A stretch of 62,955 nt of DNA, counting the filler, from Atractiella rhizophila (Eukaryota), in NCBI GenBank assembly GCA_021432655.1. It is 6 parts of 6 records of this genome, joined end to end, with 100 filler letters (N's around TTAATTAATTAA, not from the genome) between each part and the next. Parts side by side here need not be neighbours in the genome. Positions count along the whole stretch, not along the records: positions 20,972 to 30,161 come from MU271951.1; positions 30,262 to 44,948 come from MU271952.1; 4 more parts are not named here. The stretch is one strand, 5' to 3'. This document shows positions 22,104 through 34,753 of this stretch, one piece after another; position 1 is the first letter of the stretch, and each line of letters starts with the position of its first letter. The position numbers and the translations under genes were made by a program. The notes under the pieces were generated by a model. That model saw only the letters and a list, made by a program, of their open reading frames with translations. It did not search any database and had not been told where the DNA came from.

Positions 22104-23510
22104 ATGTCACTTCCCCTTCCCCTTCCCCTCGCTCGCCCATCCCTTTTTCTCCTCCAAGCGCGCCACCTCTCCTTCGCTCGTACCCGCGGGTCAATACGTC
22201 GCGCAACTCGTCTAAACAGGGAGAAACGGGCACTGGGCTCTTTCGAGCGGCACTTGGCGAATCAGAGGAGGGTGGAAGCGGGAGACCTCACACTTACACC
22301 ACGGTTGCCGGTTACACAGGCCATTAGCAATTGCTGGGTGAGTCTTTTTCAAAAGTGAACAATGGGAGTCTTGCATTTCGACGGCAAGCGAAAGGACAGA
22401 TTATTTACTTTCTTTTATTGTTAAAAGACGTCGTATGACTGTTCGACGCATGCTGTCCCATTTACTTTTAAGAGTTGGTTAAGGTAAAGTTTGCTTAGCT
22501 TGGAAGTACCAGACGAATATGAAGGGCAGTCTGTCCCGAAGTTGGGAATGTCGAATTTAATCACTTTTGCTTAAAGGATACAGTGCTGATACTCGCTAAG
22601 CGGAGCCTTAATGGCTCCTTTCGCAAGAGTACACGCTTTACACACCTCCATGTTCTTGTGCGCATACCTTGACCATATTAGAAATAGCTTGCTTTCCCCT
22701 ATTCATTCTAAACCCTGTCTCCAGTGCTCACTTTGCATCGTTACAGGAGGACAATGAGAAAGTACGGCGGCGTTCCACCTTATACCTCTCGATGCGGGTG
22801 CGTACCGCCAAACAGATAAACATGAATGCGGTGCGAGGACGAATATTCTTGCCTAATCCGCCTTATGTGCCAAAGGGGAAGAAAGGGTGTATGTCGTTTA
22901 CTCTAACTTACTGTACTTCATCTGAATGTTCTATGGGGATAGCGGAGGTGATCGCAGTTTTTGCTGAGGGCAAGAAGGCGGAGGAAGCGCGTGCACTGGG
23001 GATTGAGCATGTTGGTGGTTCAGATATGCTGCAAGAGGTTCGTCCATATCCATACTCCTAACGTGGGCACTGTCGGGATTAATTTGCATGGTTTAGATCC
23101 TACAAGGTCTCATAAATCCTTCAAAAATCATTGCTACCCCCTCTTTCGAGCGCATCTTCCGCGGTGCGCAAGTGGGCAAAATCCTAGGACCGAAAGGTCT
23201 CATCCCCTCCAAACGTCGAGGGACAGTAACCGAAGACCTCGCGAAAGCTGTCGCTGAGGCACGATCCGGCATCGACTTTCAAGCTGATCCTCATGGACTC
23301 ATACGCATGACGTTGAATGGGGATCGATTGAATCCCGTGAAGAGAGAACAGAATGTTCGGCATGTCTTGAAGTTTGTGGCGGATATCGCTTTGGGCGGAA
23401 ATGGTGAGGGTAGCTCGGTGGAGAGGAATACGAAAGGTGCAGGTGCGGTGGTGAGAAGCGCTCATTTGAAGGGGTGGAAGGGGAAAGGAGTGTTTGTCAC
23501 TGATCCGTAG
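22104..23510 (+). CDS. MRPL1: Mitochondrial ribosomal protein uL1m (4 exons)
   Basis: Arg-rich presequence; VRGRIFLP...IAVFAEGKKAEEARALG...VGG...VGKILGPKGLIPSKRRGTVT is the L1 signature. Introns 22338-22746, ~22889-22941, ~23038-23096. Confidence 0.9.
22343..22645 (+). ncRNA. Candidate structured intronic RNA (H/ACA-like layout) in uL1m intron 1
   Basis: A closing stem CAAAAGTGA/TCACTTTTG encloses a multibranch domain, followed by AAAGGA (ANANNA), a second hairpin and ACA at 22640-22642. Confidence 0.4.
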
Positions 23511-23823
23511 TACTACAATATATAAGCATTCCAAACCTTTAGTGTGCAGTGTGACATGATTAATGTGGGAATCTGCGGAAGACCGAATGTCATAGCTCCA
23601 CAGCTCGTCTTCGTTTACGTTAACTTATGGAATGCTCGGTTCGACTTGTGCAGAAAGAATTTCAAAGGTCACTCGCAAGATGATACAAGATGTTAAAGAT
23701 TATCTCTCCGCACCCATCATCGAGACAACCCGTTTATTTCTTCACTGCCAGTGATCATGATGAATGGGCACAAAAACCACAGAAAAATTGTCTACACCTC
23801 CTGGCTTTCGTTTCGATCGTAAA

Positions 23824-24325
23824 TCAAACCAACAACCTCTCAATCTTCTCCTTGATCTTCTCAATCTGGGCCTTCAGTTCCCTCGTTTCATTTGTCGTGA
23901 TGCTAGCTGCGATGACAGGACGGGAGACGCCACAAGCACGTCCAAGAGAGGTTTTCGATGGGAGAAAGACATAAGGGACGTTCTAAGGCTTCATTGAGTA
24001 CAAGAGATGTGTGAGAAGGAGGGGACGAACCTTGTCCTCACACAAAAGGGGAAGGTGAAGTAAAATCTCAATCGGTTCCGTATCAGCAGTCAAGATGGTA
24101 AATTCACAAATTCCTCGATTCAGTGTCTTTGTGACTTCGTTCGCTCCTCGCTTCAGCTGCTTGTAATTCGAAGCCTACGCAGGAGAAACCTAATCAACAA
24201 TCGAACAGGAAAGGGAAGGAACAGGGACTCACCTGCTGCACCAAATCCAGAATTTGGTTCGTCAGTGCTGCGTCAGCTAGTGGGTATGCCTTAGGGTTCA
24301 CTTCTGGGTCCTTTTCTTTCGACAT
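23824..24325 (-). CDS. SNU13: Snu13/15.5K (L7Ae family; U4 snRNP and box C/D snoRNP protein), 3 exons
   Basis: Manual splice: [107 protein letters not shown]...IERLLV. Not in the ORF track. Confidence 0.97.
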
Positions 24326-24445
24326 CGTGGCTAGAATAAGAGGGTAAGGAAAAGAAAGAACCTTGACTTGGTCACAGATTTTTGAGTTTTATTTGTTGGG
24401 TATACCTTCCGGCCTTCCCTACAAAGCTCGGAAGACTGAAACAAC

Positions 24446-24802
24446 AATTCGCGTCAACATTGGATCAAGGGTGCCTCTAAAGCTGTTTGAAGTGTAAGAC
24501 AGGGTTGGGTCGGAAAGTCATTGTTAACAAGCAAAGCACGGTCTTTCAGTGAGTAGGATCTATTTATCATTCTGGGTATGGAGATAGCAGTGGCATGTCC
24601 TTGACTCCTTGAATACCATCGAGGAGCTCAACTATGACTTTGTGGTGTCAGCACCTGCCGACATTTCAGCTCACAGCGAGCGAAGTCCATTTTCAAAGCC
24701 TCAGAGAGTTTTCTCCGCACCTTTGCCATGTTATAGTGTTATAGTGCAGGATATCTCGCGTGAAAGGAGCAGTATTCTCTGACACTTCCTTTGACGCGAA
24801 TT
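24446..24802. promoter_or_regulatory. Bidirectional promoter with inverted 12-mer TTGACGCGAATT
   Basis: AATTCGCGTCAA at 24446-24457 and TTGACGCGAATT at 24791-24802, 121 and 133 nt before the SNU13 and ARP10 ATGs. Confidence 0.45.
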
Positions 24803-24934
24803 CAATAAATACAATGGCAACACTGGATGGTTTTTCAAAAACGCTCCACTTTGTCGCACTCCCGCTTCGCGCGTTTCCTTAGCTTCGTTTCCTTCAGCAA
24901 CCAATGCAAAGCGGAGTGCTAATCTGATTTATAG

Positions 24935-27023
24935 ATGGCTGCACCTCATTACATTCGCCAGCGCACCCCTTCCACCTCGACACTTCGTGGCGCGCCTTCC
25001 CTCACATTACGCACTGCAGCCTCCAACGCTTCTCTTTCAGGCCGTTCGCATCCCTCACCCGCCATCACACCTGCGTCGAGAGGGCGTCATTCGTTGTATG
25101 GAGTGGAGGATCGCGTTGTTTTAGATTTGGGAAGGAGGGCATGGAAAGTGGGGTTTGGCGGAGAAGCAAGACCTAGAGGAGTGGTCCTGGTTGAAGAGAG
25201 CGAAGAGGGTAAAGAGCAGACGGAAGAAGAGGAGGAAGAGAAGATGAAAGAGAGACTGAGAAAGGTATTTTTCGAGTGCGTTTTTTCTTTTCGCAGGCAG
25301 GAGGAGAGACAGGAGGATGAAGTGTTGACTGATATCTACCTCTGGTGTTGCTAGACTACTCATGATCGACCCTAAGGCTAGAAAAGTCATCGTTATTGAG
25401 CCACCGTTAATGCCCATGAAGATGAAGGAGATGATTGCGAGGCTACTCTTTGAGAATCTACAGGTTTGTTTCCTCTTTTGCGAGCAGGAGAAGCTCAATT
25501 ATAAACGTGCAGGTTCCATCAGTCTCTTTCGCTCCCACTCACCTGCTCTCTCTCATCACCACTGGGTCAATAACGGGTCTGGTCGTCGACTGTGGTCATT
25601 GTGAGACGACGGTAGTGCCAGTGAGTTTATATTACATCACGGCACAATCTTAAGATGGTTTATCCAGATCTTCTCCTCGCGTCCACTCTATCCTATCCTC
25701 GTAACCACAGTTGTATCTGGTCGCCGCCTAACTCAACGCCTACGTGCCTTGTTACTACACTTTGGAAAGTTCTTCCCTAACCCAACGAACCTGAATCAGA
25801 TCGCCATGTCTTCCTTCAAGCTCAAAGCGACAGACGTGGTCGGGGTGCCAAAAGAAGTGTTAACCAAAGAAGTGTGCGAGGATATCAAATCCCGTGCGCT
25901 TTTCGTCGGGGAGCCTTTCAACGTTCCGTCATCCAGAGAGAGTGACCTCGCTTCTGACCAGGAGAAGCAGAGGGGAGAGAGACTGTTGCCAACGGAGAAA
26001 CTGGAGGAGGACGATGAGGAATTCCTGGCTGCGCTCAAAGAGAGATATATCGCTAACTCTTCGGCAGCCTCTCTATCAATCCCGATACATTATCCTCAGA
26101 CGGCTCTCGGATCCACTAGCGTGCTGAGAGGAACAATTGTAGTTCCGGGGTGGATTAGGGAGAGGGCAACGGAACTTCTATTTGAGAGAGGAGATGAGGA
26201 TGAGAAAAGCATCACGGAAGCGATACTGGAGTGTCTATTGAAAGTCAGTCTTCCATTCTGCAGCGTTCTTCGCTCTTGACGGGTGTAATAGGTACCAACT
26301 GACCTCCGCATCCCTCTCGCCAATTCTATCCTTGTTGCTGGTGGAACGGCCATGCTGCCAGGCTTCATCCCTCGACTACGACTAGAGCTAATTTCAGCCC
26401 TCGATTCAGCTTCTGTATCTTCTTCTTCCGCAGGAGAAGAACAGACACTCGATCCCTTCGAACGGCCGTCAACTCCATCATCTACCTCCTCCACCTCATT
26501 TCGGCGGAAGCGGAAGCGGGAGGCGCTGGAGGTGTACCGCAAACGATCAAAGTTCACACCGCTTTCATCCCTCGCTGGAAAGAACATTATTGCCATCGTC
26601 AACGATCCATCCCCTCCTCCTTTGGCGGTAGACGAAGCACCTACTCCAATGCCCACCTCCCCCATGCACTCTAGGCATGGTTCCCTTGCCACCCCCAGAC
26701 ATCACTCTCAGCCGTTGCCACCGAAAGACACAAAATCCTATACTCTGCCTTTGCCAAAGGTGCCCTATGCTGCAAATGCGGGGAAAGCACCTCATTTCAC
26801 CCCCAGTTTATTACCTTGGATCGGGGGCAGTCTTGCGGGCATACTAAAGACGGGAGGAGAGGAGATCTTGAGGGAGCGGTGGGATATGGGTATGCCTGTC
26901 GAAGGTGAAGAGGAAGACGAGGTGCAAGAAGACCAGGTTCTCCCGAGCGACAAGCCGAAAGAGCGGAGGAAACTCGATCTCCCCGACTGGACGAGGAAAG
27001 ATCCGACGTCAGGGTCCGCTTGA
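24935..27023 (+). CDS. ARP10: Actin-related protein, Arp10/Arp11 (dynactin) type, multi-exon
   Basis: RVVLDLGRRAWKVGFGGEARPR, DPKARKVIVIE, GLVVDCGHCETTVVP, WIRERATELLFE, SILVAGGTAMLPGFIPRL, PWIGGSLAG. Confidence 0.85.
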
Positions 27024-27261
27024 TTGCTACTGTTTTGCATACCTGAACTCTAAGGATGTAATGAACGACGAGCTGCATTTCCATTCAAAGGCTCCTCGTC
27101 ATGGACAAAGACTTCCGAAATGCGCTGGTTGAACTTTCTAACCTTTTGTCCAAAGTGGTACGTCAGCAGACCCCTTGTTGCCCTGTTACCCTTTGTCTTT
27201 GCCCTTCCCATATAAAGCGATCGAAGCACCGCCTTTGCCACCTCAGCCTATTTATCGCAAG

Positions 27262-27819
27262 ATGAACCAGTGTGCGAAACAGTTGCGACAAGTAGGATCA
27301 AGAGAATTCCGCCGCTATCAGATGGACGATAAGACATCCAAGTGTGAATTAAGCGAACTAGGGCTAGCTGAACTCTACCGCTTTATTCTACACGATTTCC
27401 CTAGACAACAGCTGGAGCAAGAACACATGGAAGGCAAGCGTTCAAAAGGTGTGAAGGAGAAAACTCGTCCCTCGCGGATCACTCTAGACCATCCTTCCGA
27501 GCGATCAGCTAAACCTCCTCCAAAAAGGACATCTTCAATTCTCAGCCAATCCTCTTCTTCAAGTTATTCGAACCCGTACCTCAGTCCATGTTGGACCTAC
27601 AGCACTTCTTCATCCTACTCGAATTCCTCTTACACCTTCTCCACTTCGCCCTCCCCTGCTTTACCCAATCTGTCCAACCTTACAGAAGAGGAAGAGGCGT
27701 CATACTGGCGACACCCTCCACACATGGAAACTTCCACAAACACGCCGAATAAACTTCAGAAAACGCGTCCCAAAGCTAGCAGGAGGAGGCTTGTGTCAAT
27801 GAAGGGTGAGACGAGGTAG
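27262..27819 (+). CDS. Hypothetical serine-rich protein (3' end uncertain)
   Basis: ORF of about 185 codons from the first ATG; no recognisable domain. Confidence 0.35.
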   Translation: MNQCAKQLRQVGSREFRRYQMDDKTSKCELSELGLAELYRFILHDFPRQQLEQEHMEGKRSKGVKEKTRPSRITLDHPSERSAKPPPKRTSSILSQSSSSSYSNPYLSPCWTYSTSSSYSNSSYTFSTSPSPALPNLSNLTEEEEASYWRHPPHMETSTNTPNKLQKTRPKASRRRLVSMKGETR

Positions 27820-28093
27820 TTCTCACTCAGGGAGGTTCGTCGCTGGCAAGTACCTCAAGCTTTGTCTCTGGCTTAGCACATTGATGAAGCATCCAGGCTC
27901 AGAACTAGCAAGGCACGAGCTGAACACGCCTCTGTAAGGGGTACGGGTACACCGTCCACAGTGAACTAAGGGGGAGCCTTGCTTAGATGAGAGGAGAGCT
28001 CGTCTCTGAGGTCCTGAAATGTCCGGATTATGACGGCTGAGCTAGTCCTTCCGGCTTAACTGTTTTCCTCTTGGTACATAACTGTGGAAGACA

Positions 28094-29312
28094 TTACGCT
28101 TTATTTACATAGTCCCATTCTTCTTGAAACTCGAGTGCCCGTTTAGCCGCTAGCTCTCTTGCTGTCTTCCTCCGATTGGACTGACCAATAGCGATTGGCT
28201 TGCCTCCAATCTCGACTACTTCTATCCAAGGCGAATCCCCGTTTCCAACGTTTTCTGTTCGGTAGAGCAGACTGATTCCGAGTTTCTTGCAAATGTTGTG
28301 AAGATCATTCTGGAACCTTTCCTCCTCACGCTTGGGCTTTGCCTGATAAACTTCTAGCGCCCGTTTCGCTGCCATTTCCCTCGCTAGACTTCGTCGTGAG
28401 CTCTCACCAATCGCAATTTCTTCTCCGTCGATTTCCACCGCTTCGCGCCATAGATGGTGCGGGTGTTCCACTTGCTCGACCGTGCGATAGCGAAGGTTAA
28501 AATCCTGAACTTGCGACAGATTGTGCAGTTGGATCTGGTACTTAAACTCGGCAGAGGGTCGTGATGCCATCTGAGGCTGAGGCTGCGACAACTTCTCGAC
28601 CTTTGGCTGTCGAGCTAGGGTCTCTGCGACTATTTCTTTGTTGGCATCCAGGAATTCATCGTAGACTCTTCTGAGCCACTCAGATGTGAATTGAAAACCT
28701 TTCTCGAGCATGAGAGCTCCAACGACGGCTTCGAAGACGTCTCCGATGACGCGCTCGCTCAATTTCATATCAGGGTGGTGTTGAATCTGGTTTGAAAAGC
28801 CGAGAGAAACGCTGAGTTGGTAGATGGCGGAAGCCTCGACTGATTTGGACCGTAGCAACTGCGAGTATCCATATTGAAAAGTAACAGTCACAGCTGGGAA
28901 GACTTACTGCACGTTCCGTTAAGCTCATTTCTGGATATTTTTCATGGATAAGTAAAGTCACAACTGTGCACAAAACAGCATCTCCGATATGCTCCAAAAG
29001 CTCATAATTGTTGGACGGGTCGATGGAGCCATGAGTGAAAGCCTGTCTACGGAGTTCTGGAGAAAGCGAGTGAATAACTTGCCCCAGAGAACTATCGATC
29101 CTAGCATTTGTCGAGGTATATCGCTGAAGTGGGGGACGCGTGAAAGGAAAATAAAGGGGAGGTGTGCGCCTGGTATTGAAGGAAACAGCTGAAAATCTGT
29201 CTGTTCTGAAGGACGACATTGAAATGCAAGAAGGTGAACGGTATGTATAATTGAGACGCGGTTTTGTGAAGAGAGAAAGGGGTGTCGATATTGACCTTCG
29301 AAGTTGCATCAT
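28094..29312 (-). CDS. RNase III-domain protein with two C-terminal dsRBDs (2 exons)
   Basis: QAFTHGS...YELLEHIGDAVL...GDVFEAVVGAL RNase III motifs. Intron 28859-28907. Two dsRBD-like repeats ending GESSRRSLAREMAAKRAL and GQSNRRKTARELAAKRAL. Confidence 0.9.
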
Positions 29313-31852
29313 TTACGGCTAGCGTAGAGAAATCAAGAGTCCACTTCGGTCAAGTGTTGCAATTTTAGGCTGAAAGAACCCAAAGAGCGTTTCAGTAGGA
29401 GACCGTGAGAGGTTCAAGCTCAGAAGGCTAGTATAAACCATTCGAAGACGTCACTCTTTATCGTAGAGCACACGGCTTGCACTTCCGTGCAACATTATCC
29501 ACATCGCCCATCGAACAAATAAATTAGAGGCAATCTCGTCAAGTCTCTGATAGATAAAACTTCTTGTGTTTTGTGCCAACGCCATACAGCTTGAATCACG
29601 GAGGATGTGTGGGACAGTCCAGGCTGCCTGTTTGGTAAGGATCTCTCTCAATTCGTCGCTCTCGAATGCGAATGGTGGCGCTACAGACATTATTCAAGAT
29701 ATTGTATAAACCTCTATAGCTTTATACGTTGCGCCAAGCTCATTGCGCTCGGACGCCCAGAAAATAAATGGTTATCAGATGACTCCAACATCCCTGCCTC
29801 TATCAACGACGTACAAGAATACGCACTTAGTTATCTCGTGCCCTGTCTCATGCCTTCTCACTAGATCTCACTTTGACTCTGGCTCCTGCTATCACAGTCG
29901 TCACGTCACCCACTGATTGTGGTGAATGATTCGGTGGTCCTAACACCGTAACATTAAGCTCATGGGGTAATTGTTCCATGACGTCACCTTCGCGGCGATT
30001 GCACTTTCTGGCTTCTCCTTCGCTCTTTGGTATCTTTAGACTTCTTTAGACTCGGCTCTTTACACCAACGAGTCCAGCGTCTTCTATCCCAGTGCCCAAA
30101 GTACCCAACGTAGGACCTCTTGGACCTCCGATCGCCCACGGTGGAACTAGGTTATGATCTCNNNNNNNNNNNNNNNNNNNNNNNNNNNNNNNNNNNNNNN
30201 NNNNNTTAATTAATTAANNNNNNNNNNNNNNNNNNNNNNNNNNNNNNNNNNNNNNNNNNNNACCTTTAGAGCTGGAACAAACTGGCCAGTCAACAACAGG
30301 CTCCCTCAACGGCCTCAACGAGCTCAACGGCCCCAACGACCTCTGTTCTCGCAACGCAATCTTCCGGACCGAATCCCTCTTCCCCAAGACCCACGTTGCA
30401 TCATCAATCGTTTCCTCATCCTGCCAAGTGATGTTGCTGTTGGCACTATGGATCCCGCTGTGATTTAGGATAGAGATTACTATGGCATGGGAGTATTGGG
30501 CAATGATATATTTGATTGCAGAGAATGAGCTCTACCTGAAATGTATACATTACTCCCACTTTCATCCACGGATCCCAAAAGAGTCCCAAAAGCGCCTTTA
30601 GCTGCACATTGCAACTGAGTAGACTCATCACACCAGAAATCCCAAAACCTCCAGGACAGGTCCAAAAAGTCTACGTGATGGGACAATTTGGGAAGGTTCC
30701 CAAAACCGTCCCAAACTGTCCCAAGTCCCCAAACCGAACTTGACAGGGGTTTATTACCTCAAGTTCCGAGTGGCTGAGATTGATCATATCCTGAGCGTTA
30801 AACAACGCTTTCATTCACATTCCTTTGAAACGAAAAAATACAAGAACGTAACAGTTTGAAGGCGAAATCTAGACACTCTCAAGCATGCAAGATACGCAAA
30901 AGGTAACGTACAATACCACAAAGAAATCGGAGGCAATCACACAAGACTTACATCTGACAAGATTTCTCAAGAATCACCTTCGGAAACAGAACCGTCTAAT
31001 GCAGTCAGAGTCTGATGAACGGAAGATCTTCAAGTTCAACGTCACGATGTTACAGTAGGTGCCCAAGTTGCGCTCTCAGCTCAATATTGAACGTTACGTT
31101 CTGATCAATTGAACAAGGATTCGGACACAATCGAATTCGCGGCGGTCGGTCCACAATCATCACGGCACACTTGAAGGAAGGCGGATAATCAGGGACCGTT
31201 TCTTCTTCATCCTCGTCATCCGGCTCACACTGGAGCTGTGCTCACCAATCCCTCACCGGGGAGGAGACCGAAGGCTTATAAAAGGATACCTCTTCCTCCA
31301 CAATTCAAATCCCATCCGAATTCGCGCGAATGTCGAACACTTCCACTTGAAGCAAGGAAAAAGGGATACGCTGGATGATAGGGTCAAAAGCTAATAATTA
31401 CCACAACCGGCGGACGCGAAGCATTCATACATCCATCCACAACCATCCCAGTCCACCAGTCATGCTTCACAGAGAAGAAACGAGAACAAGGCTGGAAGGG
31501 GGGACGTATGTAGCGAATCGCAACCTCGAAAGACTTGAGAGAAGAATACGAGATAGAGAAGAATCATTAGAACGATTAGACGCTATAAATTACTCGACCC
31601 TTGAATAGAAGAAAGTTAGACGGAAAGAGGCAAGTTAGAAAGAAGGGTAGTCTAGTCTGAAAGGCTGATGAAGACTTGATTTGCTGAAGCTGAAGATTGG
31701 AAGAATTCAAGAAACTTGAAAGCTATTGAAATCGAGACCGGACACTGATTGAGTTGTGGGTCGTAACGCAGTTTGACAATTGATTGATAGTTCGAGAAGT
31801 CGTTAGGCAGGCAGACAGGTTATCGAAGACGTCCCATGGCGAGAGCAACAGT

Positions 31853-34753
31853 CTAAGCGGAAGCAGCGACCGGCTCCGGTTTCTTCTCCTCTGCGGCGAC
31901 AGGGGCCTCCTCAGTCTTTGCAGGTTCCTCAGTCTAGAAAGACCAAATAATTAATGGACACTGCCAGTAACAAACGAGAAGTAACTAACCGCGGCAGGGG
32001 TCTCCTCAACCTTCGTCTCCGGAACATCGACGTCGAGCTTAGGAGCCTCATCCGTCTTCACCTCCTCAGTCTTGGCCTCTTCAGTCTTCGCAGACTCAGC
32101 AGGGGCCTTGTCCTTCTTTCCACTACGATGGATCAACACACGGATTAGCATTCGAAGACAAGAGGAACAGAGCAGGGATACCAACCCGAACAAACCACCA
32201 AACCTGGCGCTCAGCCTCCTGGAAACCTTGGAAGCTTCCTTAACAGGCTTCTTATCCTCCTTCTTTGCCTTCTCGTCGAACTTGACCTTGTCGTTGTCCT
32301 CGGCGGCGGCAGGAGTCTCCTCAGCCTGGATCATGAAAACCATCAATATCGTACTGACGAGGGGAATAGGTACAAACCTTAGCCTCCTCTTTGGCGGGCT
32401 CCTCAAGACCGGCAGCGGTGGTTCCAGCGGGCTAAGAAACAGGAGCGTCAATGCAAGCATACACTAAGGCGACAGATAAACGAACCTCCTCAACGGCAGC
32501 CTTGGCAGCCTCAGCAGCGGGGCTCAGCTCCTCAGCCTTCGTCTCCTCGACGAGGGCTTTGTGCTCGGGATCAGCAGCAGCAGCGGCAGCCTATCCAGGC
32601 ATCGAGCCAAGATCAGCCATATGTGGGCGAAATGGAAGACGTCCTACCTCCTCAGCCTCCTTCGTATCCTCAGCCTTAGTCTCCTCCTTCACAGCCTTCT
32701 TTTCCTTGGGCTCCTTCGGGGCCTTCTCCTTCTTCTCGAAGATGTTCTTGACTCTATTAACCAACCCAGTCAATACACCAACCGTCATCGAAGAAACAAA
32801 GACAAGGGAGATAGGGAACGGAGACTGACTTGTCCAAGAATCCGGCCTTAGGCTTCTTCTCAGCCTTCTTCTCGTCTTTCTTCTCCTCAGCCTTCTCCTC
32901 AGTGGCGGCGGCGGCGGGAGCCTCCTCCTCAGCCTTGGTCTCCTCCTTCGGAGCCTCCTCAGCAGCGACAGGAGCGGCAGCGGGGGTCTCCTCGACCTTA
33001 TCAGCAGCAGCAGGCTCTTCCGCCTTCACAGGTTCTTCAACCTATTGTCAACAAGACATCGCCATCATCATCACCATCGGTCCCAGAGATCAAAGCTGAA
33101 AAGAGATGCGAACCTTAGCTTCCTCCTTCGCCTCCTCAGCGGCAGCAGGGACGGGTTCAGAGGGAACGGCGGGGGTCTGTTTCTTAGAAAAAAATTTAGA
33201 AATCCTATTCGGCTTCTTCTCCTTCAACGGAGTCCTCTTCTCTTCCTTCTTCTCATCCTCCACAACCGCAGTCTCCTTCACCTCCTCCGCACCCTCAACA
33301 GCTTTAGGGGCTTCATCGGTTGTGTTCTCGGCATCGGCAGTGGCAGGCACCTCCTCAGCAGGTACCTTCTCGACGGCAGGGGCAGCGGTAACGGCAGCAG
33401 CGTCAGACATTGTTGATGGTTATCGAAAGGCTTGAATCGAAGGGAAAACTCGAAAGGGTGTTGATGTGATGCGTTGATAAGGGTATTGATGATGCGTTTG
33501 ATACAGCGATAAGGATATACAAGCAGTTTCTTTCGACCCAAAAAGAGATTCAAGGAGGGGGATGTAAAACGAGAGTGTGTGTCTGGCGACTATTGACCAA
33601 TAAGGGGAAAGGGGGCCTCCAAGTGGGTCTGCCCTTTTATACAGAAATAAGAGTATGCAGGGGCGAAATTATGCGACGTTCTAAAACTTCTAGATTCGAA
33701 CCTTAACTCTAGTTCCTCACGCTGAAACGCAATCTGCCTCCTTTCCAACGCATCGGATTCCAATCTCGCATCTTTTGTTGAAAGGTAACAAAGAATGACG
33801 ACAGGAATTAACAACCAGGGCGCATTGTGCCTTCCTTCCTTGCTCCCTCTGCCTCACAACAATGCTCGATTTGAGAAGAGATGTGGCGAGGAGATCAACG
33901 AAGGAAAATGGAGTCGGTGTGGAAGCGGAAATCCACGCGTTCCAAAGCTCTAGGTTGTCAATCGCTTGTACGCTTCACGCTGGTGGCGACAGATGGTGCA
34001 AGTCACGGTGAACACTGAAAAACAAACGCCATGCTCCTCCTCTTATCTCTACTCAGCATGCTCATCATGATACTTGCTGCGATTGCTGACAAAACTCCTT
34101 TCATCATGTCACAATGAAATCTCATCAAACGCCTTTATGACGATACAACTAATCTTTGAAGGCAAACCCATTTGTGAACTGACCAAATCAATCGAGACGT
34201 GCCACATAAGCTGGAGCCTTGATTCTCATCAGGAGAAACAATTGACATAACTGCGCAAGGTCCAAATCATAGCTCGCACTCGAGCTCTGCAAACAAAGAA
34301 ATGAAGTCGACAGATAGGAAAAGATGGAAAGAAAGTTATGCATACTGCAGCCGCTACCGTCACCGTCACCTTACGAGAATCACCTAACGAGAAAGAGAGA
34401 GTCACTCAACCCCACTGACACCATCTCAGCCAACGCCACCGCTCATTCTCATGAAGGAAAGAAGAAAACAAGGATCCAGAACGAGATGAAAAGCGACGCA
34501 CCTCCTCCTGAGTCTTAACCTCTCCCTCCTCCTTCTTCTCCTCGCCCTTCACCTCCTCAGCCGCGGGAGGGACGACGGTCTCTTCGGGGACGACAGGACC
34601 GGGAGTGGGATCGACGGTCTTGGTCTGTTCGACGGCTTGGGGTTCGACGGAGGCCATTTCTTCTGTTCCAGTGGCCCGAGTTGCGTCGACGTCGCGGTCG
34701 GTGGCGGGAGAAGGTGTGGGGGATGAAGGACGCGACCGTAGGAGAGCGAGCAT
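31853..34753 (-). CDS. Ala/Glu/Lys/Pro-rich disordered protein, multi-exon, with two candidate first exons (ATG 34753 and ATG 33410)
   Basis: Series of short, strongly codon-biased exons with EETPAA/EEKK repeats and KVSRRLSARFGGLF; stop at 31853. Confidence 0.7.

Noticed and set aside
21660..22375. Shared GGAGTCTTG 9-mer in both long introns
   Set aside because: A shared 9-mer between two ~400-nt sequences is likely by chance.
29700..30750. LTR- or TIR-like sequence around the third spacer
   Set aside because: No second copy, PBS, TSD or coding remnant visible in the window.
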